64,000 bases of DNA from Candidatus Deferrimicrobiaceae bacterium. Its GTDB lineage: Bacteria; Desulfobacterota; Deferrimicrobia; Deferrimicrobiales; Deferrimicrobiaceae. The translations under genes and the position numbers were made by a program. Shown here one piece after another: positions 46,928 through 57,101 of the stretch (positions are counted from its first letter, which is position 1; every line of letters starts with the position of its first letter). The notes beneath the pieces are model-generated. The model did no database searches and was not told the DNA's origin. It was given only the letters and a program-made list of their open reading frames with translations. Location: the NCBI GenBank assembly GCA_963792415.1, contig CAWBVY010000001.1:62025-126024 (forward strand), in the 5' to 3' direction.

Positions 46928-47695
46928 TCAGGAAAGGTTCCTCTCGTATATAATACGCAGCCCCTCGAGAGTCAAATTCTCATCGATTACGTTGATTTTT
47001 TGCGTCTCGGCGGCGATCGTCCGCGCGAGCCCCCCGGTGGCGATCACCAGGGGGTCGAGGCGGACCTCCTTCCGGATCCGGTCGATGATCCCCTCGACCA
47101 TCGCGACGTACCCGTAGAAGAGCCCCGACTGCATCGCCGCCACCGTGTTCTTCCCGATGACCGTGGCGGGCTTGACGATCTCGATCCGGGGAAGCTTCGA
47201 GGCCTGCCGGAAGAGGGCCTCGGCGGAGATGTTCACCCCGGGGGCGATCACGCCGCCCATGTAGTCCCCCGTCGAGGACACGTAGTCGAAGGTGGTGGCG
47301 GTTCCGAAGTCGACGACGATGGCGGGCCGATGATGCTTCGCGAAGGCCGCCACGGAGTTGACGATCCGGTCCGCCCCGACCTCCTTGGGGTTGTCCATCT
47401 TGATCGAGATCCCCGTCTTGATCCCGGGGCCCACGATCATCGGCGTCAGGCCGAAGTACCGCTCGCACAGCTCGATGATGGTGGGGGTGAGCGGCGGGAC
47501 CACGGAGGCGATGATGATCGCCTTGATCTCCCGGGACGAGAAATCGCTCGCGTCGTAGAGGTTCCGCAGAAGGATCCCGTACTCGTCGCTCGTCTTCTCC
47601 CGGTCGGTCCACACCCGCCAGTGGTGGAGAAGGGCATCCCCCTCGTAGACCCCGAGGACGGTGTTCGTGTTCCCAACGTCGATCACAAGGAGCAT
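46928..47695 (-). CDS. coaX: Type III pantothenate kinase
   Basis: 255 aa starting [12 protein letters not shown]…, with the canonical CoaX/Bvg-accessory fold motifs. Confidence 0.9.
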   Translation of the reverse strand: MLLVIDVGNTNTVLGVYEGDALLHHWRVWTDREKTSDEYGILLRNLYDASDFSSREIKAIIIASVVPPLTPTIIELCERYFGLTPMIVGPGIKTGISIKMDNPKEVGADRIVNSVAAFAKHHRPAIVVDFGTATTFDYVSSTGDYMGGVIAPGVNISAEALFRQASKLPRIEIVKPATVIGKNTVAAMQSGLFYGYVAMVEGIIDRIRKEVRLDPLVIATGGLARTIAAETQKINVIDENLTLEGLRIIYERNLS

Positions 47696-47705
47696 CGGGT
47701 GTTCC

Positions 47706-48614
47706 CTACCCCCTCACCGCCGAAAGTCCAGGATCTCTCCGCTGTGCACCAACTCGATCGCAGGGCCGCCGTCGGGGAGAAAACGGAGCGCCCCGGCCGT
47801 GTCGAGCCCGTCCGCGGTTCCCCACCCCTCGCCCGCCCTGCCGCCGAAGGAGGACGCGCCGCCCCCGGAGGAAGTCGCGTCGGTCCCACCCGTCGCGGAG
47901 CGAGGCGAACCCGCCCCCGAGGAATTCCGCGTACCGCGCCCCGAACGCGTCGAGCAGCCGGGCGAGGAGGTCGACCCGGCGGAACGCCCTCCCCGCGCAG
48001 ATCCGGAGGGACGTCGCCGTCCCGCGGAGATCCGGCGGGAAATCGGCCTCTTCCACGTTCACGTTGAGCCCCACGCCGATCACGACGTGGCGCACGCCGT
48101 CCGGGTCGGACGCCATCTCCGCGAGGATTCCCGCCGCCTTCCTTCCACCGCAATACAGGTCGTTCGGCCACTTGAGGGTCGCGGGAACGCCGACCGCCTC
48201 GACCGCGTCGGCGAGGGCGACGCCGGCCACGAGGGCGAGCGTCGGCGCTTCGACGGTCGGGACGGAAGGCCGAAGCAGCAGGGAAACGTACAGGTTCTTC
48301 CCCGCGGGAGACAACCACCGGCGGCCCATCCGTCCCCGGCCCGCGGTCTGCGCGTCGGCGACGACGACGGTCCCGTGCGGTGCACCGCTTTCCGCCATCT
48401 CCATCGCGACGCGGTTCGTGCTGTCGGTCACGTCGAGCAGAACAAAGTCGGTCCACGGCCCGCCAGAGCGGAGCCGCGCTCGGAGGTCCGCTTCGGAGAT
48501 CTGGCCCCCCGTTTCCCTTTCCCGCCCCGCGATCCGCACCCCCTCGGTAGCATCCCCGGAGGCGAAGCTCCCCTGCCGTTCCTCCAGGATACGGTGGAGC
48601 TTCTCCCCCATCAC
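47706..48614 (-). CDS. birA: Biotin--[acetyl-CoA-carboxylase] ligase BirA, with an apparent 1-nt frameshift in the C-terminal SH3-like domain (around 47830-47836)
   Basis: The catalytic domain is intact (…GRGRMGRRW…KWPNDLY…). After …[14 protein letters not shown] the listed frame becomes R-rich junk. The +1 frame gives a typical BirA end: [38 protein letters not shown]. Confidence 0.75.
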   Translation of the reverse strand: MMGEKLHRILEERQGSFASGDATEGVRIAGRERETGGQISEADLRARLRSGGPWTDFVLLDVTDSTNRVAMEMAESGAPHGTVVVADAQTAGRGRMGRRWLSPAGKNLYVSLLLRPSVPTVEAPTLALVAGVALADAVEAVGVPATLKWPNDLYCGGRKAAGILAEMASDPDGVRHVVIGVGLNVNVEEADFPPDLRGTATSLRICAGRAFRRVDLLARLLDAFGARYAEFLGGGFASLRDGWDRRDFLRGRRVLLRRQGGRGVGNRGRARHGRGAPFSPRRRPCDRVGAQRRDPGLSAVRG

Positions 48615-48779
48615 CCTCCCGCCGCGTCGAATCCGGAATTACACCTTCATTCTATTAAGCATTTCAGGGGTGTGGAAATCAACCGAAACATGTAGAAAAA
48701 GACAGCAAAGTTTCACGCCACCGGCCCAACCGATACGACATATATTATCGGGAATACAAAGGGAAGGGACCGAAAAACC

Positions 48780-49440
48780 GACTTGAACAAGGGTACTGGA
48801 CACCACCGGGGGACCAGGGACCGTCGAAGAGGATGCTGATCGAACTGCTCTCGGTCTTGTCGAGGGTCTCCCCGCCGCATACTTCGCGATCGTCTGCCTC
48901 GGTTTCTGGAAGAGCTTCGTCCAGACCGGCAAGTGGACCTCCCTGCTCGTGGAAAAATGGATGGGTATTGATGTGCCGAATTGGCTCCACTGGTTTCGGA
49001 GGGACTCTGATCATCCTCCTGCTCGTGTTCCGCCGGGAGTCGCGCCGGCTCTCCCTGCATCCGTGGGACTGGATCGTCGCCCTCGGGGGTTCCTTCACCG
49101 TCCTGCTGGTCCGTCCCGCGGCGGCGACGGTCGTCCCGGAGTTTCTCGGCGTCGCGCTCATACTCGCGGGAACCGCGTTCGAGATCTATGCGAAGATCGT
49201 TCTCGGGAGAAGTTTCGGAATCGTGGCCGCAGACCGGGGGATCGTCGTGGAGGGACCGTACCGCATCGTCCGGCACCCCATCTACTTCGCGCGGAGAGGG
49301 CCACCCTGCTGGTCTGGTTGAGGGTATCATTGGCGTCCGTACACGGAGGTGTTCCGGAGTTCATCCCCGTGACCAATTGCCTGTTCATCAGCATCCTTGC
49401 GCCTCTCTGCACGAGGATGACGGACTTTTCCCACAGCCCG
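48780..49440 (+). pseudogene. Degraded isoprenylcysteine carboxyl methyltransferase / phospholipid methyltransferase-family gene, with at least 2 frameshifts
   Basis: The family motif …VVEGPYRIVRHPIYFA… and TM segments are in frame 1 (48833-49321). The N-terminal TM segments (…GLVEGLPAAYFAIVCLGFWKSFVQTGKW…) and the continuation after RHPIY are in other frames. It sits in a lower-GC patch. Confidence 0.5.
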
Positions 49441-49762
49441 TAGCGCCAGCAGACTGTAAGACGTGGGAGCAACCCAGGAATGACATCGGCGGTCAGGATC
49501 ACCCACGAATGGAGTATCCTGACATGGGCCAATTCTGCTTCTCCAGTGTTCCCCGAAGTACTTAATAGAAATTCACCGCGCGATTCATATTTCTTATGCC
49601 GTTCGGACCACGCCATGCACATCGTCATCTATTTTTTCCAGATTTCGAGGATCCTGTAGTGCCCCGAGGAGCGGATTCTCTCGGAGGACGCCGCGTAGTC
49701 CCCCCCGGGACCCATATCGCGGGCGCGTCCGCTTTCGCCTGATCCCGGGGTCTTCTGACCCT

Positions 49763-50637
49763 TCACGAAGGGGCGACGAACACGAAGGGGTACAGGACTT
49801 CCACCGTGCGTCCCGCCGGCGGCTCGAAGGTCCAGCGACGGACCTTGGCGAGGACGACGTTCACGAACGCGGTGTCGGAGAAGGACCCGTCGGCCGGTTC
49901 GGCGCCCTGGACCTTCCCCGAGGGGTCGATGCGGAAGCGAACGAGCAGCTTCCCTCCAAGGTCGGGGTTTCGCCGGATCGCGTCGGCGTAGACCCCCTCC
50001 AGTTCGGGCAGGCGGTCGCGCACCCGTTTCCGGATCATCTCGCGGATCCAGGCGGGGATCGGCTCCCCGGCGGTGTCCCCGGCCCCCCCGAACATCATCG
50101 ACGCCTCGGTCTCCTTCCCGAACCCCACGCCGGGTCTGCCGGACGCGCGCACGCGGGCCTCAAGTTCCTCAAGGTGCTTCCCCAGGGCCGCGGTCCTCTC
50201 GGGTGCGACGGCGGGGGCGAAATCCCCCGGCCTGGCGGGGCCATCGTTGGTCCAGTGGCGCACCGGGATCCCCCCCGCCTTCCCCTCCCGGCGGGTGACC
50301 GGCGCCTCGGGCACATTGGCCATCCCCGCGTCGAGTTTCTCGAGCCACCGCCTTGCGGCGGGGGGCGCCTTCGGGGCGGGACGGGTCGAGGCCGGCCTGT
50401 CGGAGGACGCAGGAAAGAGTCGGGCCGGGCCGACGACGCGACCGGAGGCGGAGGCGCCGGCAGCTCCTCCGGAAGCTCCGACATCGGCAAATCGGTCAAT
50501 TCCACAACCACCGGCGGGGAGAACCTCATCGTGGGAAACAGCGGCGATATGGCGGACCCCATGACGAACACCACGAGGTGGACCGCGACGGAGAGGATCA
50601 TCATCTTCCGGATGATCCGCTCCTGACGGCGCGACAT
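49763..50637 (-). CDS. TonB-family energy transducer (TM anchor, Pro-rich spacer, TonB_C), with an apparent frameshift in the spacer (around 50395-50410)
   Basis: The N-frame reads MSRRQERIIRKMMILSVAVHLVVFV…PPVVVELTDLPMSELPEELPAPPPPVAS…. The C-frame reads …RRWLEKLDAGMANVPEAPV…LPELEGVYADAIRRNPDLGGKLLVRFRIDPSGKV…VLYPFVFV. Start alternatives are 50664 and 50679. Confidence 0.65.
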
Positions 50638-50686
50638 CCCGTTGATCTCCTGGTAGATGTTCATCTGGAAACCGTTCATCGTCGGT

Positions 50687-51991
50687 TCACAGCTCCGTGA
50701 AGTAGTCCCTGCACGCCCGCTCCACCAATTCGTTGTCCAGCCGGGAGGGAACCCCCTCGTACCGGCAGATCTCCACGACACGGCTCAGCACGTCGTTCGG
50801 GTGGCAGGCGCTCAAGCGAACCCCGCGCCTCGGGTGCTCCTCGTCCAGCAGATGGCGGATGACCTCCGGACGGAACGGAAGCCCCACGCGCTCGCACACC
50901 TGGCGGCAGATCCCGATGTACTCCTCCTCCCCCAGGTAGTCGATCTTGATCTTGTACCCGATCCGTCGCAGGAACGCCTCGTCGGCCAGCTCCCGCGGAG
51001 CGATGTTCGTGGAGAAGAGGATGATCTGGTCGAAGGGGATCTCGAACTTCTTCCCGTTCTGCAGTGTCAGGAAGTCGCGCGCCTTTTCCAGGGGGACGAT
51101 CCAGCGATTCAGCAAGTCGAAGGGGCGGACCAGCTGCCGCCCGAGGTCGTCGATCAGGAAGACCCCCCCGTTGGCCTTCACCTGGAGGGGCGCCTCGTAG
51201 AACTTGGCGATCGCGTCGAAGCTCAGGTCGAGCATCGCCAGCGTCAACTCCCCGCCGGAGACGATCACCGGGCGTTCGCACAGGACCCAGCGGCGGTCGT
51301 ACTCCGTCCGTTCGGTGAGGACGGCCTGCGCCGGGTCCATCGGCTCTCCGAGATCGACGCGGGAGTGGTTCACGGGGTCGAACACGCGGATGACCTGGTT
51401 GTCCACGCAGATGGCGTGGGGGATGAAGACGTTCCCGCTCATGACCTTCGCCAGCCGCTCGGCGATGAACGTCTTGCCGTTCCCGGAGGGCCCGTAGAGG
51501 AAGATGGAGCGCCCGGAGTTGACCGCGGGGCCCAGGCGTTCCAGCAGGCCGGGGGTCAGGATGACCCCCTTGAAGGCGCGGTCCATCGACTCGCGGTGGA
51601 CCGACATCTTCCGGACCGTCTGCTTCCTCGCCACCTCCGTGTACTGCGCGAGGGTGACGGGGGCCGCGCCGAAGTACCCGGAGAGCTGGAGGTACTCCCT
51701 GGCCCTCTCCCGTCCGAGGTCGGTGAGGGCGTGCGTGTACGCGGCGCGGATGTCCCCGCCCTTCTTCACCTCGGCCAGCCGCTCCTTTTTCATGAAATCC
51801 ATCACGTCGTTCGATACGCTGACGGGAAGCGCAAGCTGCTCGGAGATGGACGACAAAGACATCACGCCGCCGAAGTAGAGGGTCTTGCAGGCGAGCTCCA
51901 CGAGGAACCCGAGGGAGAGCCCGGTCTCCTCGACGGTCTTCGGCGACCTGGGCACTACGGACACGCGGATCTTGCGGGTCTCTTCAGTCAA
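50687..51991 (-). CDS. AAA+ superfamily ATPase of unassigned family
   Basis: Walker A GPSGNGKTFIAERLA, Walker-B-like FLIDDLG and a sensor region. TTG start with an AAGGAG RBS 6 nt upstream. The 80-aa N-terminal extension in the table ORF is R-rich and spurious. Confidence 0.65.
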   Translation of the reverse strand: MTEETRKIRVSVVPRSPKTVEETGLSLGFLVELACKTLYFGGVMSLSSISEQLALPVSVSNDVMDFMKKERLAEVKKGGDIRAAYTHALTDLGRERAREYLQLSGYFGAAPVTLAQYTEVARKQTVRKMSVHRESMDRAFKGVILTPGLLERLGPAVNSGRSIFLYGPSGNGKTFIAERLAKVMSGNVFIPHAICVDNQVIRVFDPVNHSRVDLGEPMDPAQAVLTERTEYDRRWVLCERPVIVSGGELTLAMLDLSFDAIAKFYEAPLQVKANGGVFLIDDLGRQLVRPFDLLNRWIVPLEKARDFLTLQNGKKFEIPFDQIILFSTNIAPRELADEAFLRRIGYKIKIDYLGEEEYIGICRQVCERVGLPFRPEVIRHLLDEEHPRRGVRLSACHPNDVLSRVVEICRYEGVPSRLDNELVERACRDYFTEL

Positions 51992-52282
51992 TGTAGGCTC
52001 CTTGTTCCGTGATTGCACCGGCCGGCGAAGATCCCGTCGGGATCTCCCGTGGAAGAACCGGCCGCGCCATGTCCGTGAGGAACAGATCGTAACGGACGGG
52101 GGATGGAATCGTGGTTCCCCGGCCAACGGGGAGATAAAGGACCCCGGGCTTCTCCCGGAGGCCGCGCACTTCCAGTTCCTCCATCCGGAGGGAGTGCGGC
52201 CCGCCGCCTGCGGCCGGCCTTTCCGCCGCAAAGCCGGGGGCGGCGGCGAGAATACAGAGCGCGAGGAACACGACTGCGCGCC

Positions 52283-55200
52283 TCATGGTCCCTTCCCTTC
52301 CTTCGCCTTCGCCGTCATCGTCTCTTCCAGGAGCGCCTGCGCGGTCTCCAGCCGCTTCCGGATCGGAACCGCGAGGTCCGCGGGCCCCTTCTCGTCCTCG
52401 AGCCGGTCCAGCGCGCCGGCGTACCGGTCGAGGGACCGTTCGTAGAACGATCGCGCCCGATCCCGCAACGCCTCCTCGTATCCATCGCGGTCGTCCCCTT
52501 TCAGACCTTTCGGCCGCTGGGAGGCGAGGATCGCCTTCCCGTACTCCACGAGGAGATCGCCGGATAGAAGAGAGGCCTGGAGCGCCACCTCGAGAGGGGC
52601 CTCGCTCTCCGCCTTTTCGAAGTCGCCGAGAGCCCGCCGGAAGAACCGGTCCTTGATGGCGAGACTCTTCTCGAGGGGGACACGGAGGGGCGTCTTGCGG
52701 AACTGTTCGGCCCAGTTCTCCCCGACGGCGATGCGAACCTTCCCCGCCAATTCCGCGAACTCCTCGGGCGCCTCCGCTTCCACGCCCGCGTCCGCTTTTC
52801 GCAGCCCTTCCTCCATCAGGCGGATCGACGCCTTCGTCTCCCCCCGCCGCCAGCCGGCCAGCCCCGTGTACAAGGTGGCGTACGTCCACTTCCAGCGTGG
52901 GTCCGCGTACCGCGCGCGATAGGCATTGAAGCGCTTTTCCGCCGCCCCGGGAGGGCCGTGCTCTTCCGCGAGGCGCGCGGCGTGGAAGAGGAACCGCGGC
53001 GCGGCCTCGCCCTTCGGGAACCTCTCCGCCACGGCCTCGTAGAGTTCCCCGGCCTCGGCGAACTCCCCCTTCTCCTCGAAGAGGGGGCCGACCACGCTCG
53101 CCACCTCCACGGTTTCCTCCCTTCGGGGAAACTCTTTCCGGAAACGGAGGCCGGAACGGATGGCCCCTTCCGGATCCCCCCCCTTTGCGTACAACCGCAT
53201 CGCCCGGAGCAGGTAGATCGGGACCTCCGGCGCCCCGGGGAAACGGATGGAGACCTCCTCGAGCACGGCCGCCGCGCCCGACAGGTCTCCCGCGGCCTCC
53301 TTTCCACCCGCCTCCTTCAGGGAGGAGAGGAGATAGAGATCCTTCGCCCGGGCGCCTGCGCCGGCCCCGACCGAGGGGTCCGAAAGGACGACCGAAGACC
53401 CGCTCCTCGCGGCGACCACATTCCCCTCGAAGAGGGCGGACTCGGCCAGAACCAGGCGAGCCTGGGCGGTCTGCGCCGGGGTGGCGTACCGGCTCCTCTC
53501 GACTTCCGCCGCTACGCGCCGCGCGCGATCATTCTCCCGGGCCGACAGGAACGCGCTCGATGCCCGAAGCCCGAGGGAGGCCGACTTTTCGGAGGGATGT
53601 TCCTCGAGAAGAAGCAGGATGGCGTATTCCGCGCCCCCGGCGGGCGTCTCCTTCCTCTCGTACCCGGCGATCATCGTCTCCGCGTACAGGACGGCCGCCC
53701 GCTCCCCGGTGGCGTCCGACCTCCGCTCTCCCACCAGTTTTTCGAGGAGCAGCACCCCGCCTTCCCGGTCCCCCGAGCCGAGGAGAGCGATGGCCCACTT
53801 CAGGCGAAGTTCCCCATCCCCGTCCGACCGGTCATCCCCCTTCACCAGGAAATACTCCCTCGTCAATGCGGCGGACGAGGAAAGCGCCGAGCGTTCCCCG
53901 GAGCGGATCCCCTCGTCGAATTTTTTCCCGGCGAGGGTCCTGAGCATTGCAGCCAGTTCCTTTGCGGTCTTCTCTCCGACCGGGGCCGGCTGCGACCGTG
54001 CCCAGGCCGAATCCGGTCCGTACTTCCCGCGCAGGGTCAGGGCGCGGTCGAGCGCCTCCCTTTCCCGCCCGACCCGCAGGAGCGACTCCACCGTCTCCAT
54101 TTCGAGGGCCGCAGCGTTCGCGTCCGACGGGAATCGCCGGGCCGCGACGTCGCGCACTTCCGCCGCCCGCAAGGCCTCGCCGCGTTTCTCCTCGGCCTCC
54201 CAGAGGGCGGCGAGGAGGACCTTCCCGCCGCACGTCCCGGCGTTCACGGGGGGGTACGCGTCCAGCCGTTCCAGGGGCGCCTCCCTCCATGCGCGGACCG
54301 AAAGGGAGACGACCTCCCTTTCGAAGGGCGACGGGACACCGCAGGGGAACGAGGGATCGGAAAGGGGTCGGGACAATTCCCGGAGCGCCCCGCCGGCATC
54401 CCCGGACTGGAACCGGACCCAGGCCAGCATGTACCTGGCGACGGCGGAAGCGTCCGGGTTCCCGGCATCCGAGGCCGCGCGGTACCGTGAGATCGCCGCC
54501 GCGGTATCCCCGGCCAGGAGCGCCTCGTGCCCGAGGCGGACTCCGATCACGGCGGAGAGCGGAGAGGCGGGGTACTTCTGGAGGTACTCCCGCGCGGCGG
54601 ACCCGGCGCCCGGGTCTTTCACGGCCAGCCCCAGGGCCGCTCGCAGGTAGAGTCCCTCCTCCCGTCTCGCCCCGGAAACCCCTTCCCGCGGGAGGAGCGG
54701 GAGAACGCGCGCGATCAACTCCTTCTCCTTCTCGTCGGCTTCCGTGCCCGGATACCGTGTCCACCGGTCCCTTCCCTCGGAAAGAACGGAGCCGATCCCG
54801 ATGGCGACGTCGGGCGCGTCCGCCGGCGCGAGGCGGTCGCCGGTCAGGAGGGAAACCGCGCGTCCGAGGGCGGCGAGGGATTCCCCGTGGGCCGGCTCTC
54901 CCGGCTCCAACCGCAGCCGGCGGGCCTGTCCGATCAGGGCGTCCGCCAGCTGACGGTCGACCACGGCAAGAAGGGCGAGCAACTCCGGCTTCCTCCGCTC
55001 CCAGGCGGCGGCCCGCTCCCTTTCCTCCAGGGTTCGCACGACCGGAAGGAGCGCGGTCACGCGGCCGTCGGCGTACGCGATCGATTCCCGCATCACATGG
55101 TCGAGGGGATCCTCCGCCGGCTCCTGCTTCTTCCTCAGGATGTCGAAGTACTGCTTCGTGAAATCCCGCGTTTCGGCGGCCATGGACCGGATCTTGTCCA

Positions 55201-56656
55201 GCTCGTTCAGGAAGAGTCCCACGTCCTTCAGGAGTCCGGGGGCGGTCCCGTCCCTGCCGGTCTCGATGGTGGCTACGGTCGCATCCCGCCGCTCCCGGAT
55301 CCGCTCCCGGAGAAGGTGGATCTCTTCCTGGCTCTTTTCCAGGCGCGTGAGGCGGCGGTATCGCTGGATCGGGTGGCCGAGGTTCTGGAGGGTATCGAGC
55401 GTGGCGGCCATCCGCTCCACCAGGCGGTCGACCTCGATGCCGTCCAGGGACACCTCCTCGATCCTCCGGACGATCTCCGCGATCTCCTCCGCGGTGAGGA
55501 ACCGGAGACCCTCGGGGGACGGCGTGTCCGCCGCTGCCAGGGAGACCGTCCGGTCGGCAAAGAGCATGCCGACCAGGAGTTCCACCACCTCGGCGCGCGC
55601 CGACGCGTCCGGCCCGGGCTCCCGCCAGGAGAGTTCCTGCCGGAGGGCCCGCAGCATCTCCATCTGAAGCCGGAGGGACTCGACGGTTTCGGAACGGCCC
55701 GACGGCTCGGAGGAAGGAGGCGACGGCACGGACAATGCGTCTTCCAGCTCCTTTCCTGCCCGGGTCAGGCGGTCGACCGCCGTCTCGTCGCGCCCGCTTT
55801 CCCTTGCGAGCCCCCCGAGAAGGAGGAGGAACCGGACCCGGTCCTCGAGGGGCCGCCCGGCGATCATCTCGGCCGGCAGATGGTCGAGGGCATGCACGGA
55901 ATTGTCCCCGGCGGCGGCCAGGCCGATCCGGTCCAGCGGGTTCTTCTCTTTCCACAGCAGGGCCTCGAACAGTGGCACTGCCTCGGGGCCGCGTCCGGCC
56001 GCAAGCAACACTTCCGCCCGCGATCTCGATGCCCTCGCCGCAAGAAAGTCGCTCCATTCGCTCCTCCCGGCCTCTTCTTCCACGCGTTGGAAGAGGTTCA
56101 GCGCCGTCGAGGTTTCCCTCCCCTCGGAGGCGATCTGGCCGAGGGAGTACAGGGCGAGGAGCCGGTACGGCTCTTCCGTTCCGACCTGGGCCAGGATGGC
56201 GGAGGCATCCCCCAGCCGTCCCCGGATCCGCCGCAGCCCCGTGCCGTAGGAATACAGGATCAGGGGCGTCCGGATCCCGCTGCGGATGGCGGTCTCGCAG
56301 ACCGCGACGAGGCGTTCGGGATCGTCGTATCGTCCCTGCGCGCTGACGACTTCATCGAAGAGCGGCGCCGCCGCCGTCGCCGGGAACACGCCCAGGCCGA
56401 CCCTCCGTTCGAGAAGCGATGCCGCTTCCGCAAGGAGCCCCAGGGACATGTATCCCTTGAAAAGGGAGCGGGTGCCGTCGATGGTCACCGCGTCGGACGC
56501 CTCGAGACGTGCCATTTCGGTGAGGGAGACGCCGGCACTCGCCGGGAACGGGATGGCAATAACCGAAAACAGGATCGCGCAGGCGAGGAAAGAGAGGAAG
56601 GGTCGTCCGGCGGCTATGGGGGAGAGGGTCGTTTCACGTTTCGAATTGGATTTCAT
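52283..56656 (-). CDS. Very large (1457 aa) secreted TPR/alpha-solenoid protein
   Basis: Signal peptide (…FLACAILFSVIAIPFPASAG). Continuous non-biased alpha-helical repeat sequence over 4.4 kb. GAGG RBS. Confidence 0.7.
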   Translation of the reverse strand: MKSNSKRETTLSPIAAGRPFLSFLACAILFSVIAIPFPASAGVSLTEMARLEASDAVTIDGTRSLFKGYMSLGLLAEAASLLERRVGLGVFPATAAAPLFDEVVSAQGRYDDPERLVAVCETAIRSGIRTPLILYSYGTGLRRIRGRLGDASAILAQVGTEEPYRLLALYSLGQIASEGRETSTALNLFQRVEEEAGRSEWSDFLAARASRSRAEVLLAAGRGPEAVPLFEALLWKEKNPLDRIGLAAAGDNSVHALDHLPAEMIAGRPLEDRVRFLLLLGGLARESGRDETAVDRLTRAGKELEDALSVPSPPSSEPSGRSETVESLRLQMEMLRALRQELSWREPGPDASARAEVVELLVGMLFADRTVSLAAADTPSPEGLRFLTAEEIAEIVRRIEEVSLDGIEVDRLVERMAATLDTLQNLGHPIQRYRRLTRLEKSQEEIHLLRERIRERRDATVATIETGRDGTAPGLLKDVGLFLNELDKIRSMAAETRDFTKQYFDILRKKQEPAEDPLDHVMRESIAYADGRVTALLPVVRTLEERERAAAWERRKPELLALLAVVDRQLADALIGQARRLRLEPGEPAHGESLAALGRAVSLLTGDRLAPADAPDVAIGIGSVLSEGRDRWTRYPGTEADEKEKELIARVLPLLPREGVSGARREEGLYLRAALGLAVKDPGAGSAAREYLQKYPASPLSAVIGVRLGHEALLAGDTAAAISRYRAASDAGNPDASAVARYMLAWVRFQSGDAGGALRELSRPLSDPSFPCGVPSPFEREVVSLSVRAWREAPLERLDAYPPVNAGTCGGKVLLAALWEAEEKRGEALRAAEVRDVAARRFPSDANAAALEMETVESLLRVGREREALDRALTLRGKYGPDSAWARSQPAPVGEKTAKELAAMLRTLAGKKFDEGIRSGERSALSSSAALTREYFLVKGDDRSDGDGELRLKWAIALLGSGDREGGVLLLEKLVGERRSDATGERAAVLYAETMIAGYERKETPAGGAEYAILLLLEEHPSEKSASLGLRASSAFLSARENDRARRVAAEVERSRYATPAQTAQARLVLAESALFEGNVVAARSGSSVVLSDPSVGAGAGARAKDLYLLSSLKEAGGKEAAGDLSGAAAVLEEVSIRFPGAPEVPIYLLRAMRLYAKGGDPEGAIRSGLRFRKEFPRREETVEVASVVGPLFEEKGEFAEAGELYEAVAERFPKGEAAPRFLFHAARLAEEHGPPGAAEKRFNAYRARYADPRWKWTYATLYTGLAGWRRGETKASIRLMEEGLRKADAGVEAEAPEEFAELAGKVRIAVGENWAEQFRKTPLRVPLEKSLAIKDRFFRRALGDFEKAESEAPLEVALQASLLSGDLLVEYGKAILASQRPKGLKGDDRDGYEEALRDRARSFYERSLDRYAGALDRLEDEKGPADLAVPIRKRLETAQALLEETMTAKAKEGKGP

Positions 56657-56978
56657 CCCCGACCTCGGTCCCCGTTCTCTCGATGGTGCCCGCCGGCAGC
56701 TCGAGGACCCCCCGGGCGTTCCAGAAGACCCTGGAAATGCGGTTCCTGCGGAACCGTTCGTACCGTCCCACCACCTTCCCGTCCGGACCGAGAAAGAGCG
56801 CGTCGAACTCGAAACGCATCCCGAAAGAGTGGATGCTGTTGCACGGCCGGATCCAGAGCCCCTCCCCCTCCGCGAGCCCGTCGGTCCGGAGGAGCCCTCT
56901 CATCCGCGGGAAGAATCGGTCCGCCACCCGGACGGCGTCGCCGATGACCCGCCCCCGCGTGAGGTTCCTGACGATCAT
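56634..56978 (-). CDS. DUF192-domain protein (COG1430)
   Basis: 114 aa with conserved DUF192 features (…GLW…PCNSIHSFGMRFEFDALFL…). Confidence 0.6.
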   Translation of the reverse strand: MIVRNLTRGRVIGDAVRVADRFFPRMRGLLRTDGLAEGEGLWIRPCNSIHSFGMRFEFDALFLGPDGKVVGRYERFRRNRISRVFWNARGVLELPAGTIERTGTEVGDEIQFET

Positions 56979-57005
56979 CGGAACGGCCTGGAACCTTGTC
57001 AGTCG

Positions 57006-57101
57006 CTACTTTTTCCCGGTCCGCCGGGACCTTACGTAGATGTAAATCGCGAGAACGACACAAAAAACAACGATCCAGGGAAGGGCATTGCCCAGATCCA
57101 T
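57006..57101 (-). CDS. Small single-TM membrane protein, 31 aa (MDLGNALPWIVVFCVVLAIYIYVRSRRTGKK)
   Basis: AGGAGG, then 6 nt, then ATG. Hydrophobic helix followed by a basic C-tail. It overlaps the tadC 3' end in another frame. It was hidden in a long spurious table ORF. Confidence 0.55.
   Translation of the reverse strand: MDLGNALPWIVVFCVVLAIYIYVRSRRTGKK

Noticed and set aside
49158-49628. 156-aa minus-strand ORF in the low-GC patch (MTMCMAWSERHKKYESRGEFLLSTSG…).
   Set aside because: Possibly a remnant of a foreign gene (weak IS200-like HxH hint). No convincing family match or start signals, so it is left uncalled and mentioned only in the low-GC finding.
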